Below the pieces are notes generated by a model. The model saw only the letters and a program-made list of their open reading frames with translations. It was not told the origin of the DNA and did no database searches. Positions 1 through 12,000 of a stretch of 64,000 nt of DNA are shown one piece after another (within the stretch, counting starts at the first letter, position 1; each line of letters opens with the position of its first letter). A program made the position numbers and the translations under genes. The stretch is from positions 11,939-75,938 of the forward strand of contig JAUCBJ010006791.1 in assembly GCA_032718475.1 (NCBI GenBank), given 5' to 3'. The DNA comes from Nemertoderma westbladi. Lineage: Eukaryota; Animalia; Xenacoelomorpha.

Positions 1-240
1 TGTAGGATAACACTGATCTGTTCCAAATTCGTCAATAGGTTCCAGGACCTAAATCAGAGTGAACAAATCGCTTACATAGAACGCAAACGGGATCAGATTA
101 GTGTGGATTACCACAGAATTAATGCAGCTTTATCAGCTCTGCTAGCACCGTTAAGGGGCTTTCGTTCCACACCCAATCTATTGGACCCAGTAGTAGATCC
201 ACCTCTTTCCCATAATAGTAAGAGATCCCATAATACTCGG

Positions 241-2673
241 ATGTCTGATGAATCACTTCCGATTGAAACGCTTCAGCTCATGTTCGATGCTGAGGAGACG
301 GTAAGAAAGGCCGAGGAAGAGGAACTTGAGGCTGAGGAGGCTAGAACGTTTAAGTCTGCTAGGTTAGAAAAAATGAGAAAGCAACTAGACATAACTAAGA
401 GAAGAGCCATAGCAAAGGCTAGGTTAGAAAAGTGTACTAGTGAATCTGAAAGTGAAATAGAGATAACCAGGAAGAAGACAACTCCTAGTAAGTCTAGAAA
501 TAGTGTTTATCGACGTCCTATCACACATGTAGATAAACCACCTGTTACAAGAGTAGAACAACAGCAAACTACCAGCCATACCGAATCTACACCTAAGCTG
601 AATTTAAAGACTATGGTAACTAGCTGTAATTTATTTCATGTTACTAGTTCTAACACTGTCACCAACACCTATTCATCCAGCGTTAATCCTACTGTTACAG
701 TTCATGCTCCCTCTTTTTTTATATCGGAAATATCTAATAACCGATCAGTAACGAGTAATGATCAAGTGTCCTATAGAATTGCAACATCATTATCTTCTAT
801 AGACACTACTTGTGTCAGAAGTAAGACTGGGCATATTAGTAGCGTTGTGACTTTCAAAGATACTACTTCAAGACCCACTATGTGTCCACTTGTAACACAG
901 CCACACTTCTCACCTACCTCCACTACATCTATGTATATCCCATTATTCACAACTAATGCTACCCAATATCATAATGTAAGTAGTGCAGGATATACAAAAA
1001 CACACTACGAGTTCGACCCTCACGCATCAGTTTTTCAGCCAAGGGCCAACTCCACTGCATACCACACCATCAGTAATTATGATACACATAATAATTATAC
1101 ACTCTCCGATGAAATGGAGACGTTGCGATCAGAGATAGCTCAATTAAAGGACAGCATGGGCATATTAGCTAACTCTAGGAACCAACCCTACAAGGCAACT
1201 ACTCTTCCCATGAGAGATTTATGCCAAGGAGGACCGGAAACGCAGGTTTCCACACAGTTGATGGGTGGTACCTTTAAGGAACAAGCAGCCAAATTAATGG
1301 GTGAAGACTTGACAGGGGACCTTGAGTTTCGACCAACTTCGATTCTCAAAAGACCAGAGACTGTTGGAAACACCCCCTTACCTACTGTAGTAGAGGAGAC
1401 AACACTTGAAACCAACCGAAGTTTTGCCAGAGTCATGACTAGAATGGATGCCAAAGGCTCCATTGGTGATACTGCACGCAAATTCAATGGGGACCCCCTA
1501 CGATGGATTCCCTTTAAGCAAACAGTAAAGTCTAATCTGTATAACTCAAATTTACCAGAGGATGAATTGCTCCAACTCCTTATCAGGAGCCTCGAAGGAC
1601 CACCAAAAGAACTTGCAGAAAGTTACCTTGGAGTCAATGAACCATTTTCGCGCGCTTGGGTGGGACTCTGCCAGCGTTGGGGACGAGAATCTTCTATTGC
1701 CGCCAGTATGGTTCACCAACTTATGAAGACAGGGGCTGTGAATAACGGTGACTCGTTTGTAAGGTTCGCAGACAAGATTAGAACTGTATATCTCCAACTT
1801 GAGACCCTAGACCAGACTTGTCACTTAGACCATCCCATTGTAATTGGACAACTACAAGCACTATTACCGGGACCTGTAGGGACAAGATGGGACAAACAAA
1901 GAGTGCGTCAAGAGTTAAGGACTAACTCCCTTCCTAACATTAAAAAATTCCTGGAATTTCTTGATGAAGAATGCCAGATCACGCTGAGTGGACAGAGGCG
2001 AGAGCGTGAGTGTTTGCTCAGTTGTAAAACCAAAAGCACCCTACACCCATCAGTGACTCCATTGCAGCGTGCGAAAGTCAGGCAGACTCAATCCGATGCC
2101 GTAGATTTTGAGGAGGACTTTAAAGTCAATGACCAGTACGCGGAAGTTAACCACATTCGTGGAGCAACTAAGGTAGCTCCCCAAAAACGATCTGACCAGC
2201 CAGCGGTGACCAAGCCTGGTAATTCTAAGGTTAAAGATGGTCAGAAAGAAACTTTGCAATTAGTGTTGGAGGCCCTCACAACACTAAACACTGATGGGAC
2301 TACGGACAATAAACTCACCACCGGGTGTCACAAGTGTCACTCTACTGAACATAGGATTTCCAACTGTCCTACCTTTAGGAACCTTACTGTGATTGACAGA
2401 CGGGCATATGCAGCTACAAATAGGCTTTGTTACAACTGTTTAAGTGCAAATCATATGCGCAAAATGTGCCGTTCTGAGGGAAGGTGCAAGGTGTGTAAGA
2501 AATCCCATCACACTATTTTGCACTCTGAAACTGCACGAGCACAGGTTCATCACACAACATTGACAGCTGAGGAAACATCGACCAACAACTTACTACCAAA
2601 CAGCACATACGCTTCAGATGAGTATGAAGAGATTGACCAGGTAGATATTCTTCCTGACTCACAGGCTTTCTGA
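241..2673 (+). CDS. gag: BEL/Pao Gag (first ATG at 241; the ORF track starts at an upstream GTG)
   Basis: KFNGDPLRWIPF capsid-region motif; knuckles CHKCHSTEH..C, CYNCLSANH..C, CKVCKKSHH..H; ends at TGA 2671-2673. Confidence 0.9.
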   Translation: MSDESLPIETLQLMFDAEETVRKAEEEELEAEEARTFKSARLEKMRKQLDITKRRAIAKARLEKCTSESESEIEITRKKTTPSKSRNSVYRRPITHVDKPPVTRVEQQQTTSHTESTPKLNLKTMVTSCNLFHVTSSNTVTNTYSSSVNPTVTVHAPSFFISEISNNRSVTSNDQVSYRIATSLSSIDTTCVRSKTGHISSVVTFKDTTSRPTMCPLVTQPHFSPTSTTSMYIPLFTTNATQYHNVSSAGYTKTHYEFDPHASVFQPRANSTAYHTISNYDTHNNYTLSDEMETLRSEIAQLKDSMGILANSRNQPYKATTLPMRDLCQGGPETQVSTQLMGGTFKEQAAKLMGEDLTGDLEFRPTSILKRPETVGNTPLPTVVEETTLETNRSFARVMTRMDAKGSIGDTARKFNGDPLRWIPFKQTVKSNLYNSNLPEDELLQLLIRSLEGPPKELAESYLGVNEPFSRAWVGLCQRWGRESSIAASMVHQLMKTGAVNNGDSFVRFADKIRTVYLQLETLDQTCHLDHPIVIGQLQALLPGPVGTRWDKQRVRQELRTNSLPNIKKFLEFLDEECQITLSGQRRERECLLSCKTKSTLHPSVTPLQRAKVRQTQSDAVDFEEDFKVNDQYAEVNHIRGATKVAPQKRSDQPAVTKPGNSKVKDGQKETLQLVLEALTTLNTDGTTDNKLTTGCHKCHSTEHRISNCPTFRNLTVIDRRAYAATNRLCYNCLSANHMRKMCRSEGRCKVCKKSHHTILHSETARAQVHHTTLTAEETSTNNLLPNSTYASDEYEEIDQVDILPDSQAF

Positions 2674-2724
2674 CTAGTCAGCACCAGACGCACGAATTCC
2701 GAGAGAACCCCAAACTCGGAATTC
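2671..2724 (+). promoter_or_regulatory. Candidate stop-codon readthrough cassette (UGA-CUAG plus downstream hairpin)
   Basis: TGA CTAG at 2671-2677; GAATTCCGAG (2694-2703) is the exact reverse complement of CTCGGAATTC (2715-2724), with an 11-nt loop. Confidence 0.65.
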
Positions 2725-5700
2725 CAAGTTATACAAGTAAAGCTTGTAGGTGACAAGGGTGAATTGAATGTGAATGCACTAATTGACTCAGGTAGTTCTG
2801 CAACATTTGTGGACAAGGACCTAGCAGATAGACTTTTTATTGAGAAAAAACCAACAGACTTAAACATGTCAGGTGTAATGAAATCCTGGACGTCCCGGAT
2901 ACACACAACCAAGTCTTATGGTTCTATACAGTCATTGAGTTCATCCTACTGCGCTAAACACGTGAAGTTCATTAGTATAACTGACTTTACAGGTGGACAA
3001 CCATTACCGTACAATTGGATTACTGATCCATTTCTTACAAAACAGTCGATACCGCAATACACTACACAAATACCGGGTATTTCTGTACTTATTGGACAAA
3101 ATGTTCCCGAGGCATTTCATGTTCTAGAACGAGTACCAGAATTTCCTTTACCACTCCATCCGTATGCAGTGCACACCAAGCTCGGTTGGTACTGTACTCG
3201 CCCTTCACAACAGACTTTAAAAGAGAGACAAATTCAGATTGAAGATTGTGACTATGATCAAGATCATATGACTTTCAGAACAACACTGAAATGTACTGAC
3301 CAGAATGATTATGAGACCATTAGAATGTGTACTACTCTAGATAGACATACTGAGAATATCCATAAGCTAATAGACAATTTGAAATGTGATCCGCGCAATT
3401 CTACGGAAGTTAGAGATCTACTTTACCAAAAGTTAGATCAGGATCTCAAGCTAACCCTTGCAACATTACGGTGGTTAGATATTGACCATGCTGAAACTAA
3501 TGCCAATGACTTATCTCTATCTGCAGAGGAACAACGGGCGATAGACATACAGACATCGACTGTACAACATCTCACTGATGGACACTACAGGATTGGATTA
3601 CTTTGGCGGGATGACAATCCTTCATTGATCAACAATAGACCACTAGCAGATAAACGGGCAGCACTGCTGTCTAGGAAACTACTAAATAACTCTACATTAC
3701 GTGAACAATACGAGACTCAGATGAATAAATATTTAGACTGTGGTTTCGCGGAATTAGTTCCTGAAGACAAACTGAATATAGCTGGGGATTTAGAATATTA
3801 TATGCCCCATCATGGTGTACCAAAGCCCAACAAACCCGAAGAAATCCGTGTTGTGTTTGACTGTGCCGCAATGTGGATGGGACACTCCTTAAACAGCTAC
3901 CTTTTACCCGGACCAAACCTGTTACAATCGTTGGTGGGAATACTATTGAGATTCCGACAGTTTGATGTAGCTGTTGTGTCTGACATTGAAGGGATGTTTT
4001 TACAGGTTAAAACGCTGCTCAGTGACAGACAAAGTCTGAGGTTTCTGTGGTGGCCCAATGGCGAATATAATCTCCCAGCACAGATATACTGGATGAACAT
4101 ACAAGCGTTTGGTATTATCTGCAGTCCATCAAATGCTTGTTCAGTTTTGAGACAGACTGCAACTGACCATGATCACCTATATGATGCAATTGTCACTAAG
4201 ACCATAAAGAACGATATATATATGGATGACTGTTTATTTTCTGTAATGAACGAAGCTATTGCCATAAAGCTTGCACATGATGTCTCAGACTGCCTTGCAA
4301 AGGGAGGTTTTAAACTGCGCAAGTTTAAAAGTAACTCTAAGAAAGTGCTACAATCCTTTGATATGGATACTAGAGACAACAGCACCATCGACTTAGATAC
4401 TGACCCACTGCCCATTACTAAAACACTGGGACTACGCTGGAATCCCCAACATGACTATTTGTTTTTTAAAGTTACTCCCAAGAATGATGATAGGCGGACA
4501 AAACGGATATGCCTAAGCATTTTAAGCTCGGTCTATGACCCATTAAATTTCATTAGCCCAGTTATATTCCAAGCAAGGGTATTGATGAAAGACATGTGGA
4601 CTGCCGATGTGGATTGGGATGACGAGATTCCAGATCATATTAGGGACAAGTGGGTACTATGGGAAGAACAATTACCAGACATAGAGAGAATTCAAATACC
4701 ACGTACATATTTTCCCTCATTACATCTAGATGAACAGCTAGAACTACATACATTCTGTGACGCTAGTAATTTAGGTATGGGAACTGTATCATACTTAAGA
4801 AGACCCTTAACTAACTCCGAGGCGCTGTATGAAGTATCTTACATATTTAGTAAATGCAAGACTCTTCCACTTTCTTCATATTTAACTGTACCGAGAGCAG
4901 AATTGCAGGCTGCTGTAATGGCAGTAGATACAGCGAGATTAGTAAAAACACAATTATCACTGGCAATTAAGGAATACTATTGGACCGATGCAGCATTAGT
5001 GCTAGAATACCTCACTAATTCACATACAGCCTTTAAAGTATTTGTAGCTAATCGAAAGTCCAAGATACTTAGTTATTCCAAAGTAGACCAATGGCATTAC
5101 TGTCCTGGAGATGTAAACCCGGCCGACATCGCCTCAAGAGGTGCTAGTCCCTCAGAATTACTTAATACACCATGTTGGCACAACGGCCCTGACTTCTTAA
5201 AAACACACAGTAGCTGTTGGAATTTACAGAAAGTCCCAAAGGTAAACAAAACGGACTTAGAGGTCACTGTGACTAAAGCGACTAAGTCTAAACTACTAAG
5301 TAACATCAAACATGATGTAACAGCTAGTCAGATTCAAACCGAACCCCCATTTTTAACAACTGACACTAGCACATTAACACCTAATATAAATAATGGGGTA
5401 TCTCCTATCATATACAGAGCCAGACAGTACTACTCGTCTTGGAAACGATATGTATCTGCTATTAATATGCTAAAAACATATTATTATATATTGATAGGAA
5501 GGAATTGCACCCACGGGATGTATTCACAAACTGAAACTCAGTTACTCAGACTTACTCAAGTTCTAGAAAATCCAGACAGATATAATTCATTTGTGACAAA
5601 TCCTGCTAAGTGTGACAGCGATAAGTTTTCTACTTTCATGAAAAACGGACTCTTGCGAGTTGGAGGAAAGATAGAACATGCACCTGTTAGCATAGACCAG

Positions 5701-6915
5701 AAACACCCTATAATAATTACAGATTATAACACCCAGAAACAGTTAATTCTAGACACCCATATTGATCTTATGCATGCTGGTCGAGAGCACATGCTATCTG
5801 CCCTTAAACAGAAATATTATCTGGTTCATCCACGTAGAGCCTTAACCGACGTAGTTAGGGAATGTATACCATGTCGCAAGCGGTTAGCACAACCTTTGAA
5901 ACAACTTGAAGGACAGCTCCCACTTGAGAGATTGGACTATTTCGAACCCCCTTTTTCATACACGGGGGTTGATTTATTTGGGCCTATAGTAGTTAAGCGT
6001 GCCCGCAGCACAATTAAGAGATGGACAATCATATTTACATGCCTTACAATTAGAGCAGTACATTTAGACTTGGTCACTGACTTATCTATGAATGCATTTC
6101 TGCTAGCCCTTAGACGCTTTATAGCCAGACGTGGTTCTATTAAGGTAATACGCAGTGACAACGGCACGAATTTTGTTGCCGCAAGTAAAGAGATATCAAA
6201 AACAATTGAGGACTGGAATACACATGATGTAGAAAAGTTGTTGACTCCAGTTTCCCTCGTTTGGAAGTTCAACACACCTCTAAGCCCATGGTATGGCGGT
6301 TCATGGGAAAGATTAATAAGGAACGTTAAGTCTGCACTTTTTCACGCTATTCCCTCCAACGTTTACTTAACTGATGACACGTTAAGGACATTCTTGGCGG
6401 AAGTGGAATGCGTAATAAACAGCCGCCCCCTAACAAGACTCTCAGCAGACCCTAAGTCTACCGACACTTTAACTCCTGCACACTTTCTATTTCAGCGACC
6501 AGCTGTTATATTGCCAATATCGGATGTAGACCCACGAGACTACATAACTAACAAAACCTGGAAACTCATGCAGTACTTAACATCTGTCTTCCGAGATTAC
6601 TGGGTTAAGCAATATCTTCCTTCCATTGCACTCCGTACAAAATGGTTTTCACAGCACCGTAACCTACAGACGGGAGACTTAGTTTTATTGGTAGATGAAG
6701 CTAGTTCTCGTAAAACTTGGTTGACTGCCCTTGTACTAAAAACATTTCCAGGTAAAGACGGATTAGTTAGAACTGTGCAGATAAAAACTAGTAGCGGGCA
6801 GATTCTCTTGCGACCCATACAACGACTGTGTCTTTTAGAAATGGATCGGGAATCTTCCCACGATTACGGTCAAATCCCAGGTGATGTTAACTTCGTTCAT
6901 AACTTTAAATTATAG
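2674..6915 (+). CDS. pol: BEL/Pao Pol (PR-RT-RH-IN), in frame with gag directly after the stop
   Basis: Frame is open from 2674 (LVSTRRTNSERTPNSEFQVIQVKLVGDKGELNVNALIDSGS) to TAG 6913-6915; no ATG lies between the stop and the protease DSG; catalytic motifs intact. Confidence 0.92.
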   Translation, partial: LVSTRRTNSERTPNSEFQVIQVKLVGDKGELNVNALIDSGSSATFVDKDLADRLFIEKKPTDLNMSGVMKSWTSRIHTTKSYGSIQSLSSSYCAKHVKFISITDFTGGQPLPYNWITDPFLTKQSIPQYTTQIPGISVLIGQNVPEAFHVLERVPEFPLPLHPYAVHTKLGWYCTRPSQQTLKERQIQIEDCDYDQDHMTFRTTLKCTDQNDYETIRMCTTLDRHTENIHKLIDNLKCDPRNSTEVRDLLYQKLDQDLKLTLATLRWLDIDHAETNANDLSLSAEEQRAIDIQTSTVQHLTDGHYRIGLLWRDDNPSLINNRPLADKRAALLSRKLLNNSTLREQYETQMNKYLDCGFAELVPEDKLNIAGDLEYYMPHHGVPKPNKPEEIRVVFDCAAMWMGHSLNSYLLPGPNLLQSLVGILLRFRQFDVAVVSDIEGMFLQVKTLLSDRQSLRFLWWPNGEYNLPAQIYWMNIQAFGIICSPSNACSVLRQTATDHDHLYDAIVTKTIKNDIYMDDCLFSVMNEAIAIKLAHDVSDCLAKGGFKLRKFKSNSKKVLQSFDMDTRDNSTIDLDTDPLPITKTLGLRWNPQHDYLFFKVTPKNDDRRTKRICLSILSSVYDPLNFISPVIFQARVLMKDMWTADVDWDDEIPDHIRDKWVLWEEQLPDIERIQIPRTYFPSLHLDEQLELHTFCDASNLGMGTVSYLRRPLTNSEALYEVSYIFSKCKTLPLSSYLTVPRAELQAAVMAVDTARLVKTQLSLAIKEYYWTDAALVLEYLTNSHTAFKVFVANRKSKILSYSKVDQWHYCPGDVNPADIASRGASPSELLNTPCWHNGPDFLKTHSSCWNLQKVPKVNKTDLEVTVTKATKSKLLSNIKHDVTASQIQTEPPFLTTDTSTLTPNINNGVSPIIYRARQYYSSWKRYVSAINMLKTYYYILIGRNCTHGMYSQTETQLLRLTQVLENPDRYNSFVTNPAKCDSDKFSTFMKNGLLRVGGKIEHAPVSIDQKHPIIITDYNTQKQLILDTHIDLMHAGREHMLSALKQKYYLVHPRRALTDVVRECIPCRKRLAQPLKQLEGQLPLERLDYFEPPFSYTGVDLFGPIVVKRARSTIKRWTIIFTCLTIRAVHLDLVTDLSMNAFLLALRRFIARRGSIKVIRSDNGTNFVAASKEISKTIEDWNTHDVEKLLTPVSLVWKFNTPLSPWYGGSWERLIRNVKSALFHAIPSNVYLTDDTLRTFLAEVECVINSRPLTRLSADPKSTDTLTPAHFLFQRPAVILPISDVDPRDYITNKTWKLMQYLTSVFRDYWVKQYLPSIALRTKWFSQHRNLQTGDLVLLVDEASSRKTWLTALVLKTFPGKDGLVRTVQIKTSSGQILLRPIQRLCLLEMDRESSHDYGQIPGDVNFVHNFKL

Positions 6916-8091
6916 TTACAGCAAAAACATTTCCATTTGCTGTAACTATGACTATAGAGACGAAAGACGACATAAATACAACAATATTGTATTATATAGA
7001 ACAGTAAAATACATTTATCAATTGTAATAAGTATTACATAGTGACCGGATGATTTAGCAGTTCGTATATAATACATTAGATAGTACTGTATACTGTATAT
7101 ATACATAAGAGTACATATGGTATAAATAATTGAAATTATTGAAAGCAATTAAAATAATCAAAATCAACACTTTCATAGTGCTACTAATATAAATCCTTTC
7201 ATATTTATATTTATAAAAATTTTATGCGCTGTATAAAAACGACATTATTTGCAACAAATCGGTTGGAAGAGAGATAACGCATAATTTAGTATTGAAAATT
7301 ATTATAAGTTCTTCCCCTCAGAAAGAAAAAGAAAATGAAAACCCAAATTGTACTAATAAATATTAACAATTTGGATATTATTCTAATCTTTGCGATAATC
7401 TGACTACCGTAAAAAGTACTTGAGTGAGTAGAGTACTACTTGGTTAACGGTAGTAGGCAATAGAAGGAGAAGGCTATTGGGCTTCATCAATCTATGTTTG
7501 GAACTCGAAATCACAAGGGTTTCATCACAAGTGATAACCGAAAGACGCTCTTCCGGCTATCGGCTGGCTGGCCTATAGCACCATTGCAATTGCAAACCGA
7601 TACACGGTACCGTATCGGTACATCGCTTTCCGTTTTAACGACTAACCCTACAACTAATCTGAATCCTGTAATTCATGTTATTAAACTCAATGCGATATGC
7701 CTCGCCTTACCTGTCGGGCGTAAAGAACTGCGTCGATAACATGGAGCCGGAGCGAATAACCTACGTCCAGATAGTAAATGGAAACAAAAGTCGATTGAAA
7801 ATTAATTGCTGGTCGACGCATTCAAATATGTAATCGTTCGTAATTATGTAATTGGCGTTGATCTAATACGGTCGTTGAAGAGTTGAGAAATGTATCTCCT
7901 TGAGCGTAATCGATCCTGAGGTGGGATGATATCGTCATCAATGAGACTTTCATCCGAAAAATGGAGTTTTTATTGTTATCAATTACCGGTATATATTTTT
8001 TATTGAGACTTACTTACTGCGCCCTGATTTGATTCTCTATGTTTAAGTTTAAAGAATTATTATTGTTAATTATTTAAACTAGACGGGAGTT

Positions 8092-9039
8092 TGTTGGCGC
8101 CGCTGCGCGTGGCAATAATCATCCCGACCTTTTCTTTATTGTGCTATATTCATATTTATTTGTAAACGAAGAATTATATTTCTGTTCAGTTGAGTTTTAT
8201 GCTTATTTAATATGTGATTCGATTTATCGAGAGATTGTAACTATACTAATAGGTTTATTGAATTATTGTAAGTTGATTATTGGTGGTGTGAGTTAATTAA
8301 GTTGTGCATTGTATTGTAATCTCAATCTAGAAGTATGTTAGGTGGCATATCTGTCCGCATAATGGAAAGCCAATAAATGCCGTGGCTATACTGTATTATT
8401 GACCTAACAATTATCGCCAACTATATAGATTAATTAGTAGTTTTTTAAATACAATAGTCATCTCGACAGCTGGGCTCATTATTCTGAAATACAGCGGGAG
8501 AGACTTTTGTATTCTTACGGCTAGAATAGGGCAATCCTATATATTGAATATTGAATATTAGTAATTAGTAATTAGTATATATATCGTTTACGGTCTAAAT
8601 TTGAATATAATATTATAAATTATATAAATAATAACGACCTGAGGAACTCTGAATAAATTTCCTTCCAAGTAAAAACTGTCATCTTTCGACTATCTCCTTC
8701 CTTCTAAAGCCGTCTACATTACGTAGGCTGCCGGGACCCTTGTAGACTCTGTCTCTTCTCTGTACTAGAGGGAGCAGGTTATTGCAGGAATTCTCTCTGA
8801 GGGAGAGATTGATTGTTAGCAATTTTGAGAATAGGAATGCGTTATTCGCCAGTACGAAACCTAAGTCTTGATATTAGTACAAGCACCTTTTCAATTTCTC
8901 AAACTCCCCATCGATTTGTTGCCATACTGACTGTATATTAGAGCCACTGCATAAACCCTGGCGGTAATAGTTTATTGTCCAGGTCAGCCGATAGGATTAT
9001 TGTTAGTAGCACTGCGACTACATTAATCGCGCAGCAACA
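8092..9039 (+). repeat. Putative 3' LTR of BEL #1 (948 bp)
   Basis: Preceded by purine tract AGACGGGAG; begins TGTTG and ends CAACA (inverted termini); contains AATAAA; satellite starts abruptly at 9040. No partner LTR in the window to confirm. Confidence 0.65.
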
Positions 9040-12000
9040 GTTGGAGTAGTATAAGTAATAGGTAGTCGCGTGTATTGGGTGCGAAATGTTGGAGTAGTAT
9101 AAGTAATAGACAGTCGCGTGTATTGGGTGCGAAATGTTGGAGTAGTATAAGTAATAGGCAGTCGCGTGTATTTGGTGCGAAATGTTGGAGTAGTATAAGT
9201 AATAGGTAGTCGCGTGTATTGGGTGCGAAATGTTGGAGTAGTATAAGTAATAGGCAGTCGCGTGTATTTGGTGCGAAATGTTGGAGTAGTATAAGTAATA
9301 GGTAGTCGCGTGTATTGGGTGCGAAATGTTGGAGTAGTTTAAGTAATAGGTAGTCGCGTGTATTGGGTGCGAAATGTTGGAGTAGTATAAGTAATAGGCA
9401 GTCGCGTGTATTGGGTGCGAAATGTTGGAGTAGTATAAGTAATAGGTAGTCGCGTGTATTTGGTGCGAAATGTTGGAGTAGTATAAGTAATAGGCAGTCG
9501 CGTGTATTTGGTGCGAAATGGTGGAGTAGTATAAGTAATAGGTAGTCGCGTGTATTTGGTGCGAAATGTTGGGAGTAGTATAAGTAATAGGTAGTCGCGT
9601 GTATTTGGTGCGAAATGTTGGAGTAGTATAAGTAATAGGTAGTCGCGTGTATTTGGTGCGAAATGTTGGAGTAGTATAAGTAATAGGCAGTCGCGTGTAT
9701 TGGGTGCGAAATGTTGGAGTAGTTTAAGTAATAGGTAGTCGCGTGTATTTGGTGCGAAATGTTGGAGTAGTATAAGTAATAGGTAGTCGCGTGTATTGGG
9801 TGCGAAATGTTGGAGTAGTTTAAGTAATAGGTAGTCGCGTGTATTTGGTGCGAAATGTTGGAGTAGTATAAGTAATAGGTAGTCGCGTGTATTGGGTGCG
9901 AAATGTTGGAGTAGTTTAAGTAATAGGTAGTCGCGTGTATTTGGTGCGAAATGTTGGAGTAGTATAAGTAATAGGTAGTCGCGTGTATTGGGTGCGAAAT
10001 GTTGGAGTAGTATAAGTAATAGGCAGTCGCGTGTATTGGGTGAGAAATGTTGGAGTAGTATAAGTAATAGGCAGTCGCGTGTATTTGGTGCGAAATGTTG
10101 GAGTAGTATAAGTAATAGGTAGTCGCGTGTATTGGGTGCGAAATGTTGGAGTAGTATAAGTAATAGGCAGTCGCGTGTATTGGGTGAGAAATGTTGGAGT
10201 AGTATAAGTAATAGGCAGTCGCGTGTATTGGGTGAGAAATGTTGGAGTAGTATAAGTAATAGGCAGTCGCGTGTATTGGGTGAGAAATGTTGGAGTAGTA
10301 TAAGTAATAGGCAGTCGCGTGTATTGGGTGAGAAATGTTGGAGTAGTATAAGTAATAGGCAGTCGCGTGTATTGGGTGAGAAATGTTGGAGTAGTATAAG
10401 TAATAGGCAGTCGCGTGTATTTGGTGCGAAATGTTGGAGTAGTATAAGTAATAGGTAGTCGCGTGTATTGGGTGCGAAATGTTGGAGTAGTTTAAGTAAT
10501 AGGTAGTCGCGTGTATTTGGTGCGAAATGTTGGAGTAGTATAAGTAATAGGTAGTCGCGTGTATTGGGTGCGAAATGTTGGAGTAGTTTAAGTAATAGGT
10601 AGTCGCGTGTATTTGGTGCGAAATGTTGGAGTAGTATAAGTAATAGGCAGTCGCGTGTATTGGGTGAGAAATGTTGGAGTAGTATAAGTAATAGGCAGTC
10701 GCGTGTATTTGGTGCGAAATGTTGGAGTAGTATAAGTAATAGGTAGTCGCGTGTATTGGGTGCGAAATGTTGGAGTAGTTTAAGTAATAGGTAGTCGCGT
10801 GTATTTGGTGCGAAATGTTGGAGTAGTATAAGTAATAGGTAGTCGCGTGTATTGGGTGCGAAATGTTGGAGTAGTTTAAGTAATAGGTAGTCGCGTGTAT
10901 TTGGTGCGAAATGTTGGAGTAGTATAAGTAATAGGCAGTCGCGTGTATTTGGTGCGAAATGTTGGAGTAGTATAAGTAATAGGTAGTCGCGTGTATTGGG
11001 TGCGAAATGTTGGAGTAGTATAAGTAATAGGCAGTCGCGTGTATTGGGTGAGAAATGTTGGAGTAGTATAAGTAATAGGCAGTCGCGTGTATTTGGTGCG
11101 AAATGTTGGAGTAGTATAAGTAATAGGTAGTCGCGTGTATTGGGTGCGAAATGTTGGAGTAGTTTAAGTAATAGGTAGTCGCGTGTATTTGGTGCGAAAT
11201 GTTGGAGTAGTATAAGTAATAGGTAGTCGCGTGTATTGGGTGCGAAATGTTGGAGTAGTATAAGTAATAGGCAGTCGCGTGTATTGGGTGAGAAATGTTG
11301 GAGTAGTATAAGTAATAGGCAGTCGCGTGTATTTGGTGCGAAATGTTGGAGTAGTATAAGTAATAGGTAGTCGCGTGTATTGGGTGCGAAATGTTGGAGT
11401 AGTTTAAGTAATAGGTAGTCGCGTGTATTTGGTGCGAAATCTTGGAGTAGTATAAGTAATAGGTAGTCGCGTGTATTGGGTGCGAAATGTTGGAGTAGTT
11501 TAAGTAATAGGTAGTCGCGTGTATTTGGTGAGAAATGTTGGAGTAGTATAAGTAATAGGCAGTCGCGTGTATTGGGTGAGAAATGTTGGAGTAGTATAAG
11601 TAATAGGTAGTCGCGTGTATTTGGTGCGAAATGTTGGAGTAGTATAAGTAATAGGCAGTCGCGTGTATTGGGTGAGAAATGTTGGAGTAGTATAAGTAAT
11701 AGGTAGTCGCGTGTATTTGGTGCGAAATGTTGGAGTAGTATAAGTAATAGGTAGTCGCGTGTATTTGGTGCGAAATGTTGGAGTAGTATAAGTAATAGGT
11801 AGTCGCGTGTATTGGGTGCGAAATGTTGGAGTAGTATAAGTAATAGGCAGTCGCGTGTATTTGGTGCGAAATGTTGGAGTAGTATAAGTAATAGGTAGTC
11901 GCGTGTATTTGGTGCGAAATGTTGGAGTAGTATAAGTAATAGGTAGTCGCGTGTATTTGGTGCGAAATGTTGGAGTAGTATAAGTAATAGGTAGTCGCGT

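Larger units (their letters stand above)
1..9039 (+). mobile_element. BEL/Pao LTR retrotransposon #1 (5' LTR and PBS outside the window)
   Basis: Gag with three Cys/His knuckles, protease LIDSGS, RT (IRVVFDCAA, DIEGMFLQV, YMDD), BEL-type RNase H (LHTFCDAS, VPRAELQAA, NPADIASRG), integrase (HHCC, GVDLFGP, SDNGTNF, WERL) and the BEL C-terminal GDLVLL..PGKDGLVRTV motif; putative PPT and 3' LTR downstream. Confidence 0.95.

Noticed and set aside
2671-2673. Alternative genetic code or selenocysteine explanation for the TGA
   Set aside because: The GPCR ends in TGA, supporting the standard code, and no SECIS was recognised; not formally excluded.
10132-10458. 108-aa repetitive ORF
   Set aside because: A chance run of satellite units carrying CAG instead of TAG.
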